A DNA stretch of 64,000 nucleotides. Origin: a virus. Within the stretch, counting starts at the first letter, position 1. Each line of letters opens with the position of its first letter. Location: the IMG/VR virus record IMGVR_UViG_3300044712_001292, positions 1-64,000 of that record; one strand, written 5' to 3'. The position numbers and the translations under genes were made by a program. Below, piece by piece: positions 28,429-36,088 of this stretch. The notes below the pieces were generated by a model. That model made no database searches. It had not been told where the DNA came from and saw only the letters and a list, made by a program, of their open reading frames with translations.

Positions 28429-31417
28429 GCTCTTCAGAACTGTAGCTCCTATCACGCAGGGGGTTCGCGATGTCGCGAACCTGCTCCCTGCGCCGGACTC
28501 TGCTGCACTATCGGATGAGGTGGCTGACCTCGTAGCGGCTCAAGATGAGCTGCAGCGTCAACGTGAAGAATCGACATCACTCGCACGACGCGCCAGTCTG
28601 AACACACTGATCGGTGCAGCCCTAGGCGGTACGCTGGGTGCCGTGAAGGCGTACCCGTTTACACGGCAGTTTGGTAACCCGGCAGTCGTAGGAACAGCAG
28701 CCGGTATCGGTGGAGCGTCGGCGCTGGCGTTCACCCTAGCCAGGCACGCCCTGCGGAAAACGCTCGCACGTCGTGCACAGCAGCGTGTATCCGCCGCGTC
28801 TCCGGCAGCACAGCTGGTAACGAGTCATCCGGAAACGGTTGATAAGGCCCGCGAGTGGGCCTCTGCGCAGTGGTCTCCCTATCTGGGGCTTGAGCTCGGA
28901 GCGCTCGTCGGAGCGGTCGGTCCTGCAGCGTTTACAGCCGCTCAGCCTGACTCGTCGCACGGCTCTACGGCTCTTCGCGCAGGTATCGGCGCTGGCATCG
29001 GCGGTTTGGCTGGATTGGGGATAGGATATCTGTACCGGAAGCGGAAGCAGCGCGAGTTCCTCGAACACGTTGAACGAGAGATGACGGACATGAACTCCCC
29101 TAAGGCTCAGGAAGCAGTCACACAGGCCGCCGTTGAAAAGGATAACGCCCCCTTGAATAAGGTGGCTGAGGAAGGTGGCTCTGAGGAGCGCCGGAGAAAG
29201 CTAATCCGAGCTCTTGGAGCTATCGGCGTTATAGGCGGCGGCGCGTCGGCAGCCGGTGCCTATGCGCTCGTACCGTCGTATCCTAGGGAAAAGATTCAAC
29301 AGTTCTCAGATGTACTGACATCATGGTCCTCCGGAAAGGAGGACCCGCGTTTTATAGGTAAGCAGTACGACATTCTTGGCTCTGAGGCCCTCAAGTCTCT
29401 CCCGTTTTCTGGCGTAGACGCTATTAAGGCGTATAGGTCATCTCCATTTTCTCCGGTACCGTGGTCTCCGAGCAGCGGGCAGCACTACGCTGAGTTCGAA
29501 AAGGAGCCCGTGTTCGCGTATCTACAGATAGCGCGCGAGGCCGGCGATACTGCCGATACATCGGAGGCGGCGAAAACTCTACGGGCTTACATCTCTGCCG
29601 CGCGTTCGACTGCGGAGGGCTACCGCAGGACCGGGGAAATAAGACCGCCAAACTGGTTCGTGCCATCCGTCTTCTCGGGGTCTGATGACACGTCGCAAGA
29701 AGGATTGCGTAGCTACAAAGAGAACCTGCGCTCGGTGTTCGATGAGCTCGAGGCGCATTATAAGTCCACGCGCTCGACTGCTGCACCTTCGAGGACTGCC
29801 CCGCGTCCTACGGTAGACTACCACCACTTTGCCCATCCTAAGGAAGCGTTGCCTGAGCTCACCGCTGGCCTGCGCCAGGTGTCGCAGAAGCTCTTTGGTA
29901 CCGATAACCTCGATACATTAACGCCCGATCAGCAGGGGAGATTGATTCTAGAGGCGGATCAGCACCTTAAGACAGACAATCCGGAGCTATGGTCGAAGAA
30001 ACAGCTATTTGATACCGGAGTCGGCGCGACACGTTACGCGGCTCGCGACTTTTACCCGAGGCAGCTGAACCCAGCAATGCAGGTCCGCGATCTGGCCCTG
30101 TACGGCGGTTTGGCCCTGGCCGGCTTAGGGTCGGCGGCTCTCTTGTATTCGTGGCTCGCATCGCGTAAAGACCCTAAGAAACAGAAGGAACAGGACCACG
30201 TGGATACTACAGACTACGACTTGGGCAGACTCGAAAAGGCGGCTACGACCATGGTCAAGGACGCCGTCGACGGCTTGGCTCGTCGTCCGTTTGTAGCTAC
30301 AAACGCCCCGCTCATGCGCGGTATGGGAGGACCGCCCGACCGTTTCGGCAGCACCGCACTCGGGGCTCGCCGTCTGAAGAAGTGGGCCGAGGATGATCCG
30401 AACGCTCTTGGCGAAGAGGTCGATGATGTCGTTCTTGCAGCGGTACGGGCCTCAGAAGAGCAGCACGGACCCCGGAAGCGCATCGAGGTATCCAATGACG
30501 ATGTGAAGCCTGCTGAGTGCGGGCCCAGCCAGCAGAAGATAGGCGAGTCCAGCACACAGCTTCCGTACAGGAAGCGCGCTGAGGTCGTCGCTATCAAGGA
30601 CGGTAAAATCTACGGTGGTGTCTATAAGGATGGCGGGTTCGGTTTCTTCGGCGGAGGCGTCGACGACGATAACCTCGAGGATGCCGCCGTCCGCGAGTTC
30701 GCCGAAGAGACGGGTCTCTCCATCAAGAACCCGAAGCAGCTGGATGTGAGTCCGGTATCGGAGGACTGGCGTCCGCCGTACAGTTCCGAGAAGATGCGTG
30801 AACGGGCGAAGAACTACCGCGGGTCTACAACCTATTTCGTCGTTGCAGATCTCGACGACAGTTCGCCGACATCGAAGGCGACCGGAGACGATGGGAGAAG
30901 CTCCATCAAGCAACCGCGTCTCTACGATATGAACGAGGTTCAGAAGCTGCTGTCCGTTGATGTACCGGAGCAGTACGTGCCCATCACGGAGGGCCGCCGT
31001 GCCGCTGTGAATGCCGTCCGTACGCTCGGACAGCAGAAGGTCGCTGACGTAGCGCAGCTGCTCCCGCGCAAGGAAGTGCTGTACTTCACTCCGACCGGCA
31101 AGCTCGCCGTACGTCCCAGTACCGGACGGCGTATCGATCTCCCCACGGATATCGAAGGCAAGCCAGTGCCCTACGAGCAGCCTGTCACCGTGCTTCCGGA
31201 GGGCGGTGTGCCTGAGAAGGGCGTTCACGGCTATCAAGTGTCGCTGCAGTCTGCTGAGGGCGACCTACCGGAGGGCTTCGAGGAGGTTGATCCGCAGGAG
31301 GCGCTCAAGAACCTCTATGCCGCCATGGGTAAGCCGGAGAACCGTCAGTATCAGGCCCTCGACCGTGCACGCGCTCGAGCGCTCCTACGCATCATCAAGA
31401 AGCGCCTTCCCGCATGA
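28418..31417 (+). CDS. multidomain protein: glycine-zipper TM segments plus NUDIX hydrolase domain
   Basis: NUDIX box GGGVDDDNLEDAAVREFAEETGL; about six Gly/Ala hydrophobic segments. Confidence 0.8.
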   Translation: MARELFRTVAPITQGVRDVANLLPAPDSAALSDEVADLVAAQDELQRQREESTSLARRASLNTLIGAALGGTLGAVKAYPFTRQFGNPAVVGTAAGIGGASALAFTLARHALRKTLARRAQQRVSAASPAAQLVTSHPETVDKAREWASAQWSPYLGLELGALVGAVGPAAFTAAQPDSSHGSTALRAGIGAGIGGLAGLGIGYLYRKRKQREFLEHVEREMTDMNSPKAQEAVTQAAVEKDNAPLNKVAEEGGSEERRRKLIRALGAIGVIGGGASAAGAYALVPSYPREKIQQFSDVLTSWSSGKEDPRFIGKQYDILGSEALKSLPFSGVDAIKAYRSSPFSPVPWSPSSGQHYAEFEKEPVFAYLQIAREAGDTADTSEAAKTLRAYISAARSTAEGYRRTGEIRPPNWFVPSVFSGSDDTSQEGLRSYKENLRSVFDELEAHYKSTRSTAAPSRTAPRPTVDYHHFAHPKEALPELTAGLRQVSQKLFGTDNLDTLTPDQQGRLILEADQHLKTDNPELWSKKQLFDTGVGATRYAARDFYPRQLNPAMQVRDLALYGGLALAGLGSAALLYSWLASRKDPKKQKEQDHVDTTDYDLGRLEKAATTMVKDAVDGLARRPFVATNAPLMRGMGGPPDRFGSTALGARRLKKWAEDDPNALGEEVDDVVLAAVRASEEQHGPRKRIEVSNDDVKPAECGPSQQKIGESSTQLPYRKRAEVVAIKDGKIYGGVYKDGGFGFFGGGVDDDNLEDAAVREFAEETGLSIKNPKQLDVSPVSEDWRPPYSSEKMRERAKNYRGSTTYFVVADLDDSSPTSKATGDDGRSSIKQPRLYDMNEVQKLLSVDVPEQYVPITEGRRAAVNAVRTLGQQKVADVAQLLPRKEVLYFTPTGKLAVRPSTGRRIDLPTDIEGKPVPYEQPVTVLPEGGVPEKGVHGYQVSLQSAEGDLPEGFEEVDPQEALKNLYAAMGKPENRQYQALDRARARALLRIIKKRLPA

Positions 31418-32208
31418 TCCGACAGGGGAAGTTCGGTCCCATCCAAGTCGTACAGACCGACGAGGTGCAACAGGTGCGCCTGAATGGTCAGGTACAGGGA
31501 TCGGTGTTTCTCAGCCCGACAGCCCGTTCCGTCGGTATCGACGTTGACGGTCCTGGACCTGTCTCCGCCTCAGCATACAGCTACGGCTGGCTTATCGCGG
31601 GGGTGCACCGTCCCTATGGCTCTGGTGTCATGGTCGGTCTCGGCTCTGGCGTCGGAGTTGTACAGCTCCTCTACAACTTCCCGCACATCGATCTGACGGT
31701 TATCGAGATTGACCCCGTCATGGTCGAAGTCGCGCTGCGGTCCCTGCCGCTTCTCGATCACTATATGAACGAAGGTCGGCTGAACATCATCATAGCGGAC
31801 GCCGCGGAGGCGCTGGATACATCTGACCGGTATACCTTCGGCTGTGCTGATGCTTACGACGGAGGCGCGTCCTTTCAGCTGTTGACCGGGTACCTGACGA
31901 AACTGTGTCAGGTGTGCGACGACGTCTATATCAACGCGATCGACAGTCCGCTCGGTCGGCATATCAGTGCTATATCGGCGACGTGCTTCGATGCCGGGAA
32001 TCCACTGCTGTACGGCATGCGGGCTGTCGCTCCGGAAGTCGCCCACGTAACGGCACCAAAGGCGAACTATGTGCTGACATCCGCAGATGTGCAGTTACCC
32101 GATCTGGACGCGTTCATTCCGTTCGCAGCGTTGACGCAGCCTGCGGCGGACTACGGCCGTCTCTGCTGGAATCTCATGATCTCGGACGTTCTTGATGTAG
32201 GTGGTTGA
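31414..32208 (+). CDS. spermidine-synthase-like SAM-dependent methyltransferase
   Basis: VGLGSG, VIEIDP, IIADA and DAYDG motifs. Confidence 0.8.
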   Translation: MIRQGKFGPIQVVQTDEVQQVRLNGQVQGSVFLSPTARSVGIDVDGPGPVSASAYSYGWLIAGVHRPYGSGVMVGLGSGVGVVQLLYNFPHIDLTVIEIDPVMVEVALRSLPLLDHYMNEGRLNIIIADAAEALDTSDRYTFGCADAYDGGASFQLLTGYLTKLCQVCDDVYINAIDSPLGRHISAISATCFDAGNPLLYGMRAVAPEVAHVTAPKANYVLTSADVQLPDLDAFIPFAALTQPAADYGRLCWNLMISDVLDVGG

Positions 32209-32231
32209 CATTCGCACGAGCGACATAGCAT
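32205..32231 (+). promoter_or_regulatory. promoter candidate for tRNA-like element and pth2
   Basis: TTGACA-N15-TAGCAT. Confidence 0.4.
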
Positions 32232-32242
32232 CCTGCATCGAT

Positions 32243-32320
32243 GTCCTCGTAGCATTATGGAATGCACCTCGCCTACTACCGGCAGCACGGAAGCGGGTTC
32301 GATTCCCGCCGGGGACGCCA
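32243..32320 (+). tRNA. atypical tRNA-like element, irregular anticodon arm (loop TACTACC, nominal CTA)
   Basis: acceptor GTCCTCG/CGGGGAC, D-stem GCATT/AATGC, GGTTCGATTCC T-arm, encoded CCA. Confidence 0.65.
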
Positions 32321-32389
32321 AGTCGCAGCTGCTACTTGCGTATTACGCAGAACTCTGTAAGAGGTCGGACATGCGGATTCACGAGGTAG

Positions 32390-32707
32390 TCTAACGAACA
32401 AGCGCCACGACTGTATGTCGTGGTTCGAACGGATCTGCCGCTGGGCCTACAAGTAGCCCAGGCATGCCACGCATCTCACGAAGCGGGTCATAGATTCGGA
32501 GCAGCCAAGGGCTGCTTTCTCATAGTCTGCATGGTACCCGGTGAGGCGGAACTCACCACAGTAGCCCACGAGCTGAACGCCCGTGGGCTTCCCTGTTTCG
32601 TCTTTCACGAGCCAGATCTCAACGGCCAGGCAACCGCTCTGGCCGCGCTTGTCGACCACTCCGGTCGCAAGCACTTCAAACGCCTACCCCTTTGGAGGCA
32701 CTCATGA
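32390..32707 (+). CDS. Pth2-family peptidyl-tRNA hydrolase (start uncertain; first in-frame GTG at 32420)
   Basis: LYVVVRTDL...QVAQACHA...FHEPDLNGQATALA...LPL. Confidence 0.8.
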   Translation, partial: SNEQAPRLYVVVRTDLPLGLQVAQACHASHEAGHRFGAAKGCFLIVCMVPGEAELTTVAHELNARGLPCFVFHEPDLNGQATALAALVDHSGRKHFKRLPLWRHS

Positions 32708-33018
32708 CACATACCCTAACCACCGAAGAGACCGCTGTCCGGGCCAGGATCGCGGAGATTCGAGCAGAACTCAAAGACCTGGCCGCGAAGCGGAAGCTGA
32801 TCCTCGGCGTCTACCGCATGCCACACGGTACGCCGGAACATAAACAGGCCATGGTTAACGTCCGCCAGGCCCTGGGTATTCCGGAGGACTATATGGTGAA
32901 GTGGGCTCCGCACGCCATCCCGAACCGCTTCCTGTGGAGAGCGGAGACCCACCAGAAACATCTGCAGCTGGCTGAGCTGACGGGGAAGCCTCATGTCCGA
33001 GAGCCATTGCCAGCCTGA
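32704..33018 (+). CDS. hypothetical protein
   Basis: GGAGG RBS, ATGA overlap with pth2 stop. Confidence 0.7.
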   Translation: MTHTLTTEETAVRARIAEIRAELKDLAAKRKLILGVYRMPHGTPEHKQAMVNVRQALGIPEDYMVKWAPHAIPNRFLWRAETHQKHLQLAELTGKPHVREPLPA

Positions 33019-33023
33019 GGCAT

Positions 33024-33236
33024 ATGGATAAGGTGCGGTCTACGGAGAAAGCCGTGAACCGCACCGACCTCGACCAGATCGAAGCCATTGACCGCTGTAA
33101 CGCCTTCGAGCTGGGGTTCCTCAAGGCAGCCCATGACGCTGGCTTGTCGGAGGCTGAATATCGCAAAATGCGGAAGGCGGCGGAAGACGCGACGGAATTG
33201 GCGAAGCAGTACGGGCTGAAGGTCCCCCAAAAATAA
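33024..33236 (+). CDS. small AFxxGFxxAAxDxGL-family protein
   Basis: GAGG RBS; paralog of 60523 and 61254 ORFs. Confidence 0.75.
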   Translation: MDKVRSTEKAVNRTDLDQIEAIDRCNAFELGFLKAAHDAGLSEAEYRKMRKAAEDATELAKQYGLKVPQK

Positions 33237-33239
33237 TAC

Positions 33240-33267
33240 TTGCTATCACTACGACCGTAGCTATAAG
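33240..33267 (+). promoter_or_regulatory. promoter candidate for leader 1 / tRNA array 1
   Basis: TTGCTA-N16-TATAAG. Confidence 0.45.
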
Positions 33268-33281
33268 GCCACCAGCTTTCC

Positions 33282-33413
33282 ATGAGACTCATACCCACCG
33301 TCAAAGCCACGACCTGGCCCACCGCTCAGCGGATGCAGCCGCAGGGGTGCTTTGTACGCACAGGTTCCGAGGCGAAGAATGATCACATTCCAGCATCGGG
33401 GTTCTCAGGGTAG
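33282..33413 (+). CDS. leader peptide 1 (43 aa) of tRNA array 1 attenuator
   Basis: MRLIPTVKATTWPTAQRMQPQGCFVRTGSEAKNDHIPASGFSG*; 19 of 20 amino acids, no Tyr. Confidence 0.75.
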   Translation: MRLIPTVKATTWPTAQRMQPQGCFVRTGSEAKNDHIPASGFSG

Positions 33414-33452
33414 ACCAGGCTGACCATAGCCAGACTCCCGAGAACCCCGGAT
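33395..33452 (+). promoter_or_regulatory. antiterminator of attenuator 1
   Basis: ATCGGGGTTCTCAGGG (33395-33410) pairs with CCCGAGAACCCCGGAT (33437-33452), the terminator 5' arm. Confidence 0.8.
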
Positions 33453-33475
33453 CCCAGATCCGGGGTTCTTTCTTT
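33441..33475 (+). terminator. intrinsic terminator (attenuator 1)
   Basis: 13-bp perfect stem AGAACCCCGGATC/GATCCGGGGTTCT followed by TTCTTT. Confidence 0.9.
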
Positions 33476-33577
33476 CACAAGTTCTCACACTGCGTCGGGT
33501 TCGCCTTCGGGGTTCCTCATAAGCTCGGCTTAGCACGCAGACGGATAGTTTAACAAATCTATAGCGTATACAGTTGT

Positions 33578-33652
33578 GGGTGCCTAGCTCAGCGGTAGAG
33601 CACTTCGTCGACATCGAATAGGTCGCAGGTTCGATCCCTGCGGTACCCACCA
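33578..33652 (+). tRNA. trnV: tRNA-Val(GAC)
   Basis: cloverleaf, loop TCGACAT, CCA. Confidence 0.9.
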
Positions 33653-33699
33653 TGACGGGGCTGATAACATCGGCCCGCCGGATCCGTAACCGGCCGTAC

Positions 33700-33776
33700 T
33701 GCGGGATGCCTGGAGGTAGTTCCAGATCGGTCTCATAAGCCGACATAGGCGTGTGCAAGTCACGCTCCCGCAACCA
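33700..33776 (+). tRNA. trnM: tRNA-Met(CAT)
   Basis: loop CTCATAA, acceptor TGCGGGA/TCCCGCA, CCA; atypical T-loop. Confidence 0.8.
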
Positions 33777-33920
33777 AGGTCCTCGCACCCGCCAGTGAGG
33801 CGTAAGCGATACAGGGGTCCGCTGTATCGGCCACGTTTTTCCGTCCACACCACCCGCCAGAGCACTGGCAACTAGCCAAGCCGTTGTCGAAGGACCGGAG
33901 GAGGGGTGGTGTGCGGTTCA

Positions 33921-33997
33921 TCCCCTCGTAGACCTAGGTATCGAGGTACAGGTCTGTGGCACCTGGAAGTCTGGTGAAAGTCCAGAACGGGGGACCA
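33921..33997 (+). tRNA. trnH: tRNA-His(GTG), atypical
   Basis: CAGGT-CTGTGGC-ACCTG; bulged acceptor stem; T-loop TGAAAGT. Confidence 0.7.
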
Positions 33998-34105
33998 GTT
34001 TCAGCGCAATCTCAGCGCTTCTCGATCGGCGTGAGCTGTCGAGGACCTGCTCCGGGGAAGAGGGAGTGCTCTACGCCTCAGATAAGAACGAGGCGAGCGA
34101 TAGCT

Positions 34106-34180
34106 GGCTCTCTAGCATAAATAGTAATGCACCCGCCTGAAGAGCGGACAAACTCGGCGCGATACCGAGGGGAGCCACCA
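34106..34180 (+). tRNA. trnF: tRNA-Phe(GAA)
   Basis: loop CTGAAGA, CCA. Confidence 0.85.
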
Positions 34181-34203
34181 ATAGTGTCCACGTGGACACA
34201 GAT

Positions 34204-34277
34204 GGACCGTTAGGTTAAAAGTAAACCATCAGATTTTCACTCTGAAATCGACGGAGCGTTACCGTCACGGTCTACCA
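34204..34277 (+). tRNA. trnE: tRNA-Glu(TTC)
   Basis: TCAGA-TTTTCAC-TCTGA, CCA. Confidence 0.85.
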
Positions 34278-34280
34278 GAT

Positions 34281-34354
34281 GCACCTTTCTGTCAGTAGTA
34301 GGCACTCTCCCTCTCACGGAGAAAACGTCGGTGCGATCCCGACAAGGTGTACCA
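34281..34354 (+). tRNA. trnE: tRNA-Glu(CTC)
   Basis: TCTCC-CTCTCAC-GGAGA, CCA. Confidence 0.85.
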
Positions 34355-34358
34355 GAAC

Positions 34359-34434
34359 GGTCCCAGGGGCAGCCAGTTTAAGCCGACACCCTGTCACGGT
34401 GTAGTACCGAGTGCGACTCTCGGTGGGATCGCCA
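34359..34434 (+). tRNA. trnD: tRNA-Asp(GTC)
   Basis: ACACC-CTGTCAC-GGTGT, G73, CCA. Confidence 0.85.
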
Positions 34435-34438
34435 GAAT

Positions 34439-34513
34439 GCGCTAGCCACCGGTACAGTGGGGCTGGACCTGATAAGTCTGGACAGCACAGTTCGACTCTG
34501 TGATAGCGCACCA
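34439..34513 (+). tRNA. trnI: tRNA-Ile(GAT)
   Basis: loop CTGATAA, TTCGACT T-loop, CCA. Confidence 0.75.
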
Positions 34514-34517
34514 GCAT

Positions 34518-34602
34518 TGGCAGGACGGATAACGGTTTTCCAGCACGCTGTTAACGTGCCGCACCGAAAGGTCACCTGGGGGTTCGAATCCCTCCCTGCC
34601 AG
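34518..34602 (+). tRNA. trnN: tRNA-Asn(GTT) with long variable arm
   Basis: GCACG-CTGTTAA-CGTGC; extra ACC-GAAA-GGT hairpin; no encoded CCA. Confidence 0.8.
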
Positions 34603-34607
34603 ATTAT

Positions 34608-34677
34608 GGGCTGTACAGTCATGGCGACGAAGAACCTCCGCAAGGTTCTTGATACGGTTCGATTCCGTAACGGTCCA
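34608..34677 (+). tRNA. trnA: tRNA-Ala(CGC)
   Basis: loop TCCGCAA, G3:U70, A73; no encoded CCA. Confidence 0.75.
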
Positions 34678-34682
34678 AGAAT

Positions 34683-34757
34683 GGGCACGTAACTCAGCGC
34701 TAGAGTACCTGATTTGCACTCAGGAGGTCGCAGGTTGAAATCCTGTCGTGTCCACCA
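34683..34757 (+). tRNA. trnA: tRNA-Ala(TGC)
   Basis: loop TTTGCAC, G3:U70, CCA. Confidence 0.9.
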
Positions 34758-34809
34758 TCTTGATCCTCGGAAGCCGGAGTCCGAGGTACCAGAATCTAGA
34801 CCGGCGTGT

Positions 34810-34883
34810 GGGCCTGTCGTTCATCAGTAGGACATCTGCATGGCATGCAGAAGGGCGGCGTGCGATTCGCCGCAGGTCCACCA
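34810..34883 (+). tRNA. trnA: tRNA-Ala(GGC)
   Basis: loop ATGGCAT, G3:U70, CCA. Confidence 0.85.
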
Positions 34884-34886
34884 CAT

Positions 34887-34960
34887 ACGTACGTCAGTCC
34901 AGCGGCTGCATCGGTTTCCAAAACCGGTTGAGGTTGGGGCAGCACCAACCGTACGTGCCA
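34887..34960 (+). tRNA. trnW: tRNA-Trp(CCA)
   Basis: loop TTCCAAA, acceptor ACGTACG/CGTACGT, G73, CCA. Confidence 0.8.
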
Positions 34961-35113
34961 CTCGTGGATGTCCACCTCCAGAGGGACGCCGATGGAGGAC
35001 CACGAAACGCCGCGCTCACGTCGGGGGCGCACTATAGCCGGTAGGTTACCGAGGGCTAGTGAGGGCCGTATTCTCCGTCAGGAGTATGCAGTGGCCACGA
35101 CAGGACACCTTAC

Positions 35114-35189
35114 TGGCGCGTAGCTCAATTGGCAGAGCAGCAGTTTCTGACACTGCCGGTTCTTCGTTCGACTCGAAGCGCGCCAACCA
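35114..35189 (+). tRNA. trnQ: tRNA-Gln(CTG)
   Basis: GCAGT-TTCTGAC-ACTGC, CCA. Confidence 0.9.
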
Positions 35190-35194
35190 TTCGA

Positions 35195-35270
35195 TACTCC
35201 GTGGTGTAGCGGCGCTGCACGGCTGGCTTTGACCCAGAAGGTGGAGGCTCGACCCCTCCCGGAGTAACCA
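35195..35270 (+). tRNA. trnQ: tRNA-Gln(TTG)
   Basis: loop CTTTGAC, CCA. Confidence 0.85.
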
Positions 35271-35273
35271 CAT

Positions 35274-35350
35274 CAGTACGTAGCTCAGCTTGGTAGAGCA
35301 CTTGCCTTGGGCGCAAGAAGTCGGAGGTTCAAATCCTCTCGTACTGACCA
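35274..35350 (+). tRNA. trnP: tRNA-Pro(TGG)
   Basis: CTTGC-CTTGGGC-GCAAG, canonical arms, CCA. Confidence 0.9.
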
Positions 35351-35351
35351 C

Positions 35352-35425
35352 GAGCACAGAGCCAGACGGCTAGGCAGTAGCCTGCAAAGCTACCTAACTG
35401 CGTTCGACTCGCAGTGTGCTCTCCA
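35352..35425 (+). tRNA. trnC: tRNA-Cys(GCA)
   Basis: loop CTGCAAA, U73, CCA. Confidence 0.9.
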
Positions 35426-35428
35426 GAT

Positions 35429-35504
35429 GCCGACTTAGTGTAACTGGAAACACGCAACCTTTCCAAGGTTGAGTCGCTCGGATCGTACCCGGCAGTCGGC
35501 TCCA
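35429..35504 (+). tRNA. trnG: tRNA-Gly(TCC)
   Basis: CAACC-TTTCCAA-GGTTG, U73, CCA. Confidence 0.8.
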
Positions 35505-35507
35505 TTC

Positions 35508-35583
35508 GTGGGTTTAGCTCAGCAGCTAGAGCGATTCATTGCCAATGAATAGGCGGCAGGGGCAGCACCTGTAACCCACACCA
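35508..35583 (+). tRNA. trnG: tRNA-Gly(GCC)
   Basis: ATTCA-TTGCCAA-TGAAT, CCA. Confidence 0.85.
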
Positions 35584-35586
35584 CGC

Positions 35587-35661
35587 GCGGGTATATCATA
35601 CCAGCTAATGAGCCTGCCTTCCAAGCAGGAGAACACGGGGCAGCACCGTGTACCCGCACCA
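35587..35661 (+). tRNA. trnG: tRNA-Gly(TCC), second copy
   Basis: CCTGC-CTTCCAA-GCAGG, CCA. Confidence 0.85.
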
Positions 35662-35663
35662 AT

Positions 35664-35741
35664 GCCCGGATAGCTCAATTGGATCAGAGCGCTTCGCTAC
35701 GGACGAAGAGGTTGCAGGATCGTGCCCTGCTCTGGGTGCCA
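35664..35741 (+). tRNA. trnR: tRNA-Arg(ACG)
   Basis: CTTCG-CTACGGA-CGAAG, CCA. Confidence 0.9.
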
Positions 35742-35772
35742 CAGTAGCGTATAGAGGGAGGTCAACTCACAT

Positions 35773-35848
35773 GCCCGACTAGCTCATCTGGAAGAGCGTC
35801 CCGGTCCTAACGGGAAGGTGCCCCGTCCGAGTCGGGGGTCGGGTGCCA
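35773..35848 (+). tRNA. trnR: tRNA-Arg(CCT)
   Basis: TCCCG-GTCCTAA-CGGGA, CCA. Confidence 0.85.
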
Positions 35849-35849
35849 T

Positions 35850-35927
35850 GCGATCATCGCCTAACTGGATATGGCACTGCCCTCCGAAGGCAGACTAATG
35901 CAGGTTCGAGTCCTGCTGATCGTGCCA
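35850..35927 (+). tRNA. trnR: tRNA-Arg(CCG)
   Basis: CTGCC-CTCCGAA-GGCAG, CCA. Confidence 0.9.
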
Positions 35928-35928
35928 T

Positions 35929-35997
35929 GCCGGACGTCCAAGACACGCAGGCCTTCTAAGCCAGCTCAGCTGGGGCAAGCACCCAGGTCCGGTGCCA
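35929..35997 (+). tRNA. trnR: tRNA-Arg(TCT), 69 nt with truncated D-arm
   Basis: loop CTTCTAA, acceptor GCCGGAC/GTCCGGT, CCA. Confidence 0.65.
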
Positions 35998-36088
35998 TAT
36001 CATCGGCTCATGCAGTCGCTACGGGCAGGGATCGGGGCGTCCGGTAAGACTCCCTTGACGATATGGGCGGACGGTATATTAAGCGTTC

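Noticed and set aside
32201-32389. 62-aa ORF in the track
   Set aside because: Overlaps the promoter candidate and the tRNA-like element; relevant only as the frame upstream of the pth2 TAG.
33240-33475. T-box riboswitch as the regulator of the arrays
   Set aside because: No T-box consensus (AGGGTGGNACCGCG) or specifier stem seen in either leader; the leader-peptide model fits better.
33544-33558. boxA-like antitermination site (ATAGTTTAACAA)
   Set aside because: Only a partial match to TGCTCTTTAACA; too weak to call.
33777-33815. HDV-like (theta) ribozyme after tRNA-Met, suggested by GGT-CCTCGC-ACC
   Set aside because: I could not build the P1/P2 nested pseudoknot by eye; a descriptor search is needed.
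34608-34677. tRNA-Cys(GCA) reading of this gene
   Set aside because: The 7-nt loop centres on CGC, and G3:U70 plus A73 indicate Ala.
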